DNA of 61,325 nucleotides from Kiritimatiellia bacterium (GTDB lineage Bacteria; Verrucomicrobiota; Kiritimatiellia; CAIQIC01; Lenti-01): NCBI GenBank assembly GCA_017540905.1, contig JAFYAC010000011.1, positions 1 to 61,325 of the forward strand, read 5' to 3'. Shown piece by piece: positions 54,909 to 61,325 of this stretch (position 1 is its first letter; each line of letters starts with the position of its first letter). The notes under the pieces were generated by a model. It saw only the letters and a program-made list of their open reading frames with translations, ran no database searches and was not told where the DNA came from. The position numbers and the translations under genes were made by a program.

Positions 54909-57374
54909 TTACTTCCTGGACTTCTTCGCGGGGGCGGCGGGGGCCGTCGCGGCGGGAAGCTGGGTCTTGGGGTGGATCGCCAGCATCACGGGCGTCGCGA
55001 TGAAGACCGAGGCGTAGGTGCCCACGATCACGCCGATGAACAGCGCGAACGCGAAGTCGAAGATGTCGCCGCTGCCGAAGATCATCAGCGCCGCAAGGCT
55101 CAGCAGCGTCGTCACGCTCGTCAGCAGGGTGCGGGCGAGGGTGCCGTTGATGGCTTCGTTGGCGATCCCGGCGTCGAGTTTGCCGCCGCGCAGCTTGCGC
55201 GTCTCGCGGATGCGGTCGAACACGACGATGGTGTCGTTGACGCTGTAGCCGAGCACCGTCAGCAGGGCCGCGATGCTGATCATGGTCAGCTGCCGCCCGA
55301 ACAGGCAGAAGAGCCCGATGGTCAGCAGGATGTTGTGCAGGAGGCCCACGACGGCGCCGATCGCGAAGGAGAACTCGAAGCGGATGGTGATGTAGATGAT
55401 CATGCCGATGAGCGCGAGGACGAGGGCGATGGTGCCGCTCTTCTGGAGTTCGCGGCCGACCTGCGGGCCGACGGTGTCTTCCTGCCGCAGCTCGAAGTGG
55501 CTGTCGGCGAACTGCCCGGCGAGGGTGTCGCTCACGAGCTGGCCTTCTTCGGCGGAGGCGACCTTGAGGACGAGGACTTCGTTCTCGGATTCGCCCTGGC
55601 CGAGGCGCTGGTACTGGATGGACGGGTTCTTGACGCCCGCGCCTTCGAGGGCGTTGCGCAGGGCGTCCACTTCGGCCTTCTGGTCGAAGGCGAGGGTCAG
55701 CTGCTGGCCGCCGGTGAAGTCGACGCCGAAGTTCGCCGCGCCGCGCTTGACGCCGATGGCGATGCTGACGGCCAGGAGGAGGATGGAGACGGCGGCGGAG
55801 ACCTTGCGCATGCCGACGAAGTCGATCTTGGTGTCGGGGACCCACTGGAGCATGGTGATCTTGCTCAGCAGGCCGTGGCCTTCGAGGAAGTTGAAGACCA
55901 TGCGGGTGACGACGACGGCGGTGTAGACGCTGGCGATGATGCCGGCGGAGAGGGTGATGGCGAATCCCTTGACGGGGCCGGAGCCCTGCCAGAAGAGGAT
56001 GACGGCCGCGAGGAGGGTCGTGATGTTGGCGTCGAGAATGGTGCCGAGGGCCTTGTCGTAGCCGGCGTCGAGGGCGGCGCCGAGGCGCTTGTCGAGGCGG
56101 AGTTCTTCGCGGATGCGCTCGAAGATGAGGACGTTGGCGTCGACGGCCATGCCGACGGAGAGGACGATGCCCGCGATGCCCGGCATGGTCAGCACGGGGA
56201 GCTGCGCGGCGCTGCCGCCGGCGCCGTTGCCGCCGAGGAGGCCGAAGAAGCCGCTGACGAGCCACATGCCCAGCGGGAGCAGGACGAGGTTGAGCGCGAG
56301 GGCGAGGGCCGCGACGAGGCCGGCGAAGTGATAGTAGATGACGGTGAAGACGATGACCGCGGCGAAGCCGACGACGGCGGCGCGCTTGCCGCTGTTGACG
56401 GAGTCGGTGCCCATGGTGGGGTCGACGGTGCGCTCTTCGAGGACGGTCAGCGGCGCGGGCAGGGCGCCGGCGCGCAGGACGAGGGCGAGGTCGTTGGCCT
56501 CTTCGAGGGAGAAGTTGCCTTCGATGACGGCGTTGCCGCCCGGGATGGAGGTGCGGATGAAAGGCGCGGAGTAGAGGGTGTTGTCGAGGACGATCGCCAG
56601 GTAGCGGCGGCCGTTCGGGTCGGGGTTCTGCGCGCCGCCGGGGGCGAGGTCGGCGGTCAGCTTGGCGAAGATCTTGCGGCCGCGGGAGTCGAAGGACATC
56701 TCGACGGTCTTCTGGCCGAGCTGCTGGTAGCCGACGTTGGCGCTCTTGAGGTTGGCGCCGGTGAGTTCGGCGTTCTTGCGGACGTACCACGGGCGGTAGT
56801 AGTCCTTGCCCTGGATCTTCTCGCGCTCGAGCAGCAGCTCGTAGCCGCCGACGGGCTCGAAGCGGCGGACGGCCGCCATCTCTTCGGGCGTGGGCTTGCC
56901 GCCGGTGCGGTACCAGTACTCGCCGCCGCGGTTGCCGGAGAGGGAGACGATTTCGTAGCCGTCGGGGGCCTTGCGGTTCTCGAAGAGCTTGCGGATCTTC
57001 TCGTCGTTCTGCGGGTGCACGATGCGGAATTCCAGGAACGCCGCCTTGCGGATGTTCTCGCTGGCGCGCGCGCGGTCCTCGGCCTTCATGCCCGGAATCT
57101 GGACGATGATGCGCTTGGTGCCGTCGGGGTAGATGTTCGGCTCGGCGACGCCCATGCCGTCGACGCGGTTGCGGATGACTTCGAGGGCGCGGTCGCGCGC
57201 GTCCTTGATGTCGCTGCCCTCGGGCAGCTGCGACTCGTCGATTTCCAGCGTGTAGCTGGTGCCGCCCTGCAGGTCGAGACCCAGCTTGACCTTGTCCTTG
57301 GGCGGATAGACCAGGGCGATGCTCCAGGCCACCAGCACGATCAATACCAACCATTTCCAGATGGATGCCTTCAT
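54909..57374 (-). CDS. secDF: Protein translocase subunit SecDF (fused)
   Basis: LGLDLQGG, LRAGALPA, GMAVDANVLIFERIREE, GVDFTGG, GYSVNDTIVVFDRIRE. Confidence 0.96.
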   Translation of the reverse strand: MKASIWKWLVLIVLVAWSIALVYPPKDKVKLGLDLQGGTSYTLEIDESQLPEGSDIKDARDRALEVIRNRVDGMGVAEPNIYPDGTKRIIVQIPGMKAEDRARASENIRKAAFLEFRIVHPQNDEKIRKLFENRKAPDGYEIVSLSGNRGGEYWYRTGGKPTPEEMAAVRRFEPVGGYELLLEREKIQGKDYYRPWYVRKNAELTGANLKSANVGYQQLGQKTVEMSFDSRGRKIFAKLTADLAPGGAQNPDPNGRRYLAIVLDNTLYSAPFIRTSIPGGNAVIEGNFSLEEANDLALVLRAGALPAPLTVLEERTVDPTMGTDSVNSGKRAAVVGFAAVIVFTVIYYHFAGLVAALALALNLVLLPLGMWLVSGFFGLLGGNGAGGSAAQLPVLTMPGIAGIVLSVGMAVDANVLIFERIREELRLDKRLGAALDAGYDKALGTILDANITTLLAAVILFWQGSGPVKGFAITLSAGIIASVYTAVVVTRMVFNFLEGHGLLSKITMLQWVPDTKIDFVGMRKVSAAVSILLLAVSIAIGVKRGAANFGVDFTGGQQLTLAFDQKAEVDALRNALEGAGVKNPSIQYQRLGQGESENEVLVLKVASAEEGQLVSDTLAGQFADSHFELRQEDTVGPQVGRELQKSGTIALVLALIGMIIYITIRFEFSFAIGAVVGLLHNILLTIGLFCLFGRQLTMISIAALLTVLGYSVNDTIVVFDRIRETRKLRGGKLDAGIANEAINGTLARTLLTSVTTLLSLAALMIFGSGDIFDFAFALFIGVIVGTYASVFIATPVMLAIHPKTQLPAATAPAAPAKKSRK

Positions 57375-57466
57375 GTGTTCCTCGTTTGGGTGTCTTTGCC
57401 TTGGCGGGGGGATGCCCGCCGGAAATCATCGTGTCGCTTGCTGCCGCTTTCCCGGCGGCGGCGCCG

Positions 57467-57823
57467 TCACGGCGCCTTGTCCTCCGCGGGCTCCTCGCCC
57501 TTGGCCAGGACCTGGGAGATGGCGCCGCGCAGGACCTCGACCTTCACGCCGTCGGCGATCTTGATGACGAGGGTCTTTTCCTTGACGTTGGCGACGGTGC
57601 CGAGCAGGCCGCCGGCGAAGAGGACGCGGTCGCCGGTCTTGACGGCGGCGAGGAGGGCCTGGCGCTCCTTTTCGCGGCGCTTCTGCGGACGGATGAGCAT
57701 GAAGTAGAAGAGCACGATCATCAGCCCCAGCCACACGAACATGAAGATGCCCGACTGCTGGGCACCGCCCTGTCCGCCTTCGGCGGGGGGCGCCATCATC
57801 GCCAGATTCAGAATGAAGTCCAT
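57467..57823 (-). CDS. yajC: Preprotein translocase subunit YajC
   Basis: FYFMLIRPQKRR, GDRV...GGL.G; start ATG 57823. Confidence 0.93.
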   Translation of the reverse strand: MDFILNLAMMAPPAEGGQGGAQQSGIFMFVWLGLMIVLFYFMLIRPQKRREKERQALLAAVKTGDRVLFAGGLLGTVANVKEKTLVIKIADGVKVEVLRGAISQVLAKGEEPAEDKAP

Positions 57824-57964
57824 GGTGTTCCTTGTTTTCGGAATGGTTTGCGCGCACGGGAAATCCGTACGCAATTCGTTGGAAGATAGCCACCGCCCCC
57901 ACCGTTTGCAAGCGCAAACCGTCCCCCCGGGCATTTTCCCACCCGCCCCCCCGTCACCCCGCGC

Positions 57965-57992
57965 TTGACCTGCGGCGGGAACATGACAGAAT
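57965..57992 (+). promoter_or_regulatory. Sigma70-like promoter for the nfeD-floA operon, probably leaderless
   Basis: TTGACC-16 nt-CAGAAT with a TG extension, 7 nt before ATG 58000. Confidence 0.45.
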
Positions 57993-57999
57993 CGCGGGC

Positions 58000-58494
58000 A
58001 TGATGAACATGAGTCTCACTTGGTGGTATGTGGCCCTGCTCGTGTCCGGCGTGCTGCTGGGCATCGGCGAAATCTTCGTGCCCGGCGGCATCGCCGGCGC
58101 CATCGGCGCGTGCTTCTGCGCCGCCGCGATGGTCATCGGCTTCCGCGCCTTCCCGCCGCCGTGGGGGCTCATCTCCGCGCTGACGGTCGTCGTGCTCGGC
58201 GGCGCCGCGTTCCTCGTGTGGATCCGCCTGTTTCCGCAGAGCCGCGCCGGCAAGCGCATCGTCCTGACCGCCGACGGGCGCGACCAGAAGTCCTCCGATC
58301 CGCCCGGACCCGAGTGGGTCGGCCGCGAAGGCGTCGCCACCACCGCGCTGCGCCCGGGCGGCATCGTGGACTTCGGCGAGCGCCGCTGCGACGTCCTGGC
58401 CGAAGGCGGTGAATGGCTGGCCGTCGGCGTCCGCGTCCGCATCAGCGCCATCCGCGACGGCCAGGTCTGGGTGCGGGAGGTCCGCGCGCCATGA
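58000..58494 (+). CDS. nfeD: Short NfeD family protein
   Basis: EIFVPGG..G, TMs, OB-like VGREGVA.TALRPGG...DV.AEG. Confidence 0.85.
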   Translation: MMNMSLTWWYVALLVSGVLLGIGEIFVPGGIAGAIGACFCAAAMVIGFRAFPPPWGLISALTVVVLGGAAFLVWIRLFPQSRAGKRIVLTADGRDQKSSDPPGPEWVGREGVATTALRPGGIVDFGERRCDVLAEGGEWLAVGVRVRISAIRDGQVWVREVRAP

Positions 58495-59648
58495 AAATCC
58501 GCCGCCCCCTCCTGCCGCTGCTGCTCCTCCTGCCGCTCCTCGCCGCGGCGCCTGCCGCGCGCGCGTTCGAGGTGCATCTTTCCGCGGAAGCGACGAACGC
58601 GGTCGCCTACCCCGCCGGAACCCGCTTCGCCTCCGAGGCGCTCCTCGCCGGCTACGAAATCTCCAACGCCGCCACCTCCGCGCAGGACCTCTGGCTCTTC
58701 GGCAGCGCGGTGCGCCAGGAGGGCGTCGCGGAACAGGACGCCCGCATCCTCGCGAAGTCGGCGGTGGTGGAAGGCGCCGTCGGCCAGAACCTCCAAATCT
58801 ACGCCCAGGCCGCGCAGCTGACGACCAACGCCGTCGTCGCGGGCGGCCTGCTCCTCTTCGGCAACACGCTCGTGTGCGAGGGCAAGGTCGGCGGCGACGC
58901 CTGGCTCAGCGGCAACGAAGTGACCCTCGCCGGCACCTACGGCGGGCGCGTCCGCGTCACCGCCCAGACCCTCCGCGTCTCGCCCGGGACCCGCATCGGC
59001 GGCGACTTCGTGTACACGACGCCGGCGCCCTTCGCGCTGCCGCCCGGCGTGGAAGTCGGCGGGCAGGTGCGCGCCGAGACGGCGGTGACGCCGCAACGGA
59101 GCTTCCGCGAGCGGCTGTGGCTGCATGGACTGTTCTTCCTCGGCGCGATGCTGGTGGGGATGCCGTTCGTGGGCCTTTTCCCGGCGACGGCGGGGGCGTC
59201 GGTGAGGGCGATCCGGCGTACGCCCTGGCGGTGCCTTTTCACGGGGATCGCGGTGCTGCTGTTCGGGCCGGTGCTGCTGGTGGCGGCGGGCGTGACGGTC
59301 ATCGGCCTGCCGTTCGCGCTCGCGGGCGGGATGCTGTGGCTGCTGACACTGTACCTCTCGCACATCGTCGTCGCGCTGCTGCTCGGACACTGGCTCGTCG
59401 GCCGCCGCTCGCCCGTCCAGACGGCCGGCAGCGTGTTCCTGTCGCTCGGCGCGGGTCTCTTCGTCCTCTACTTCGCGAGCGCCTTCCCGCGCATCATGGA
59501 TTTCCTCTCGATGCCCGTCGCCATCCTCGGCATGGGCGCCCTCTGGCGCAGCCTCTTCCACCCCGTCGCCATCCACCGCATCCCCGTCCCCCCTCCCCCT
59601 CCCGGCCCCGGCACCCCTCCCCCCCTCCCCCCCGACTACCCCCTCTGA
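58491..59648 (+). CDS. Signal peptide + bactofilin-like beta-helix + multi-TM membrane protein
   Basis: G.V.G(D/N) repeats (GAVGQN, GKVGGDA, IGGDF, VGGQV) followed by about five TM helices; ATGA coupling to nfeD. Confidence 0.65.
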   Translation: MKIRRPLLPLLLLLPLLAAAPAARAFEVHLSAEATNAVAYPAGTRFASEALLAGYEISNAATSAQDLWLFGSAVRQEGVAEQDARILAKSAVVEGAVGQNLQIYAQAAQLTTNAVVAGGLLLFGNTLVCEGKVGGDAWLSGNEVTLAGTYGGRVRVTAQTLRVSPGTRIGGDFVYTTPAPFALPPGVEVGGQVRAETAVTPQRSFRERLWLHGLFFLGAMLVGMPFVGLFPATAGASVRAIRRTPWRCLFTGIAVLLFGPVLLVAAGVTVIGLPFALAGGMLWLLTLYLSHIVVALLLGHWLVGRRSPVQTAGSVFLSLGAGLFVLYFASAFPRIMDFLSMPVAILGMGALWRSLFHPVAIHRIPVPPPPPGPGTPPPLPPDYPL

Positions 59649-59672
59649 CCCCACCATCCACCCTATCCCCCC

Positions 59673-59744
59673 TTCACCCTTTCAACCCTTCAACCCTTCA
59701 ACCTTTCAACTTTTCAACTTTTCAACCCTTTAACCTTTCAACAA
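59673..59744. repeat. Nine 8-bp tandem units (TTCAACYY consensus) upstream of the floA RBS
   Basis: Units at 59673, 59681 ... 59737. Confidence 0.9.
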
Positions 59745-59760
59745 ATAAAAGGAGCCCCCC

Positions 59761-60783
59761 ATGGATTCATTCCTGACCATCATCCTCTTCGTCCTGGCCG
59801 TATTCGTCCTCCTGCTGGTGATCCTCTTCCTGACCTACATGAAGATCTGGGTCCGCGCCTGGATGAGCGGCGCCTACATCGGCCTGTTCAACCTCCTCGG
59901 CATGTGGCTCCGAAAGATCCCGGCGACCCTGGTCGTCGACGCCCGCATCCGCGCCATCCGTGCCGGCCTGCCGCTGACGACCGAGCAGCTGGAGGCCCAC
60001 TTCCTGGCCGGCGGCGACATCATCAAGGTCGTGCAGGCCCTGATTGCCGCCGACAAGGCCAACATCGAGCTCTCCTTCCAGCGCGCCGCCGCCATCGACC
60101 TCGCGGGCCGCGACGTCTACGAAGCCGTCCGCACCTCCGTCAACCCCAAGGTCATCGACTGCCCCGACCCCCGCAAGGGCACGTCCATGCTCGACGCCGT
60201 GGCCAAGGACGGCATCCGCCTGCTCGTCAAGGCCCGCGTGACGGTCCGCGCCAACCTCGCGCGCCTCGTCGGCGGCGCCACCGAAGACACCATCATCGCG
60301 CGCGTCGGCCAGGGCATCGTCTCCGCCATCGGCTCCGCGGCCACCTACAAGGCCGTCCTCGAGAACCCCGACGAAATCTCCAAGAAGGTCCTCAACTCCG
60401 GCCTAGACTCCCAGACCGCGTTCGAGATCGTCTCCATCGACATCGCCGACGTCTCCGTCGCCGGCGTCTCCGGCACCCGCGAAGTCGCGAACGTCGGCGC
60501 CCTCCTCGAGACCGAGCGCGCCGAAGCGGACAAGAAACTCCGCCAGGCCGAAGCCGAAGGCCGCCGCGCCACCGCCGTCGCCGCCGAACAGGAACAGCGC
60601 GCCCGCATCCAGGAAATGCAGGCCAAGGTCGTCGAAGCCCAGGCCGAGATCCCGATGGCCATTGCCGCTGCCCTGCGCGAAGGCAAGATCGGCGTCATGG
60701 ACTACCTCCGCATGCAGAACATCATGGCCGACACCTCCATGCGCGAATCCCTCTCCGCCGCCGACACCTCCTCCTCCCGTTGA
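59761..60783 (+). CDS. floA: Flotillin-like protein FloA (YqfA/UPF0365)
   Basis: [50 protein letters not shown]. Confidence 0.95.
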   Translation: MDSFLTIILFVLAVFVLLLVILFLTYMKIWVRAWMSGAYIGLFNLLGMWLRKIPATLVVDARIRAIRAGLPLTTEQLEAHFLAGGDIIKVVQALIAADKANIELSFQRAAAIDLAGRDVYEAVRTSVNPKVIDCPDPRKGTSMLDAVAKDGIRLLVKARVTVRANLARLVGGATEDTIIARVGQGIVSAIGSAATYKAVLENPDEISKKVLNSGLDSQTAFEIVSIDIADVSVAGVSGTREVANVGALLETERAEADKKLRQAEAEGRRATAVAAEQEQRARIQEMQAKVVEAQAEIPMAIAAALREGKIGVMDYLRMQNIMADTSMRESLSAADTSSSR

Positions 60784-61325
60784 TGCCCCTCCACCCGGCC
60801 ATCCTCCCCGCCGTACCCGTCGCCGACACCGACGGCTACGGCGGCTTGGTCATCATCGCCGTATGGATCTTCTTCGGCCTCCTGAGCGCCCTTTCCAAGA
60901 AAAAGAAACGCCGCCGCTCCCCCTCCCAAATCCCCACGCCCCCCGGCGGTTTCGACCCCGAAGACGCCCCCCCCGGCGCCCCCACCGCCTCCCCCGAGCC
61001 GACCTTCGTCATTCATGACGAAGAGCCCACCCCCGCCCCGGCCACCCGCCGCCCCCCACCCTTCCCCTCCCAGCGCCGCGTCCGTATCCCCCGCCACCCC
61101 GCACCCGCACCCGTTCCTTCCGCCCCTCCTCCCGCATTCACCCCCGCCCCCCCGCCCGCCCCATCTCCCCTTGACGCCGCCCCCCCCGACGCCGACGCCC
61201 CCGTCGTCACCGCCCGCCAGGGCGAACGCCACATCCTGGACACCTCCGCGGCCGCGGCGGGCCTCGTCCTGCCCTCCCTGCACGCCATGAACGTCCCCTT
61301 CGCCCCGTGGCCCGCCCTGCCGACG
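60783..61325 (+). CDS. Pro-rich single-TM protein, positional equivalent of YqfB; truncated by the window end
   Basis: ATG 60783 overlaps the floA TGA; GLVIIAVWIFFGLLSALSKKKKRRR; frame open to the end of the window (absent from the ORF track). Confidence 0.6.
   Translation, partial: MPLHPAILPAVPVADTDGYGGLVIIAVWIFFGLLSALSKKKKRRRSPSQIPTPPGGFDPEDAPPGAPTASPEPTFVIHDEEPTPAPATRRPPPFPSQRRVRIPRHPAPAPVPSAPPPAFTPAPPPAPSPLDAAPPDADAPVVTARQGERHILDTSAAAAGLVLPSLHAMNVPFAPWPALPT

Noticed and set aside
52864-57429. 1521-aa ORF as a giant protein or SecDF fusion
   Set aside because: Its N-terminal ~940 aa is an Arg/Pro-rich shadow frame over secDF and crosses a terminator; the real gene starts near 54618.

Overview
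This is a GC-rich bacterial window, probably from the PVC superphylum (Kiritimatiellota/Verrucomicrobia-like; inferred from gene content and secreted-protein C-terminal motifs, not verified). Most long ORFs in the track are GC-driven shadow frames. Housekeeping blocks flank the accessory region: heptose kinase/GlmU-like/LapA-like genes on the left; trmL, yjbQ, glgX, a 2-oxoacid:ferredoxin oxidoreductase operon, tmk, a K+ channel, aldo-keto reductase, D-aminoacylase, secDF-yajC and nfeD-floA on the right. The centrepiece is a 19-kb, six-gene minus-strand operon (35497->16459) that looks like a Sec-exported Tc (ABC toxin complex)-like machine. It encodes a Ca-binding surface protein, a GWNL-repeat/BACON/P-domain protein, a phage tail-collar fibre, a PKD-bearing short TcA-like protein, a parvulin-like foldase and a fused TcB-TcC (SpvB/FG-GAP/RHS) protein with a hydrophobic C-terminal cargo and no clear immunity gene. 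The operon is colonised by a REP-associated tyrosine transposase (RAYT, 29510-30013) and about 40 GGAG-type REPs. Several REP arrays lie in frame inside coding sequence, in the RHS body and ahead of signal peptides. All five gene junctions share the layout stop codon, ATG-rich heptamer tract, REP array. Three predicted target-contact modules have visibly lower GC. An unrelated palindrome array (54453-54576) also sits in frame in a signal-peptide region. Other items are an atypical PI3K/PI4K/HipA-like kinase with a coupled acidic partner, a twin-thioredoxin InlB-repeat surface protein, and probable leaderless promoters. No CRISPR array, rRNA or tRNA was recognised.
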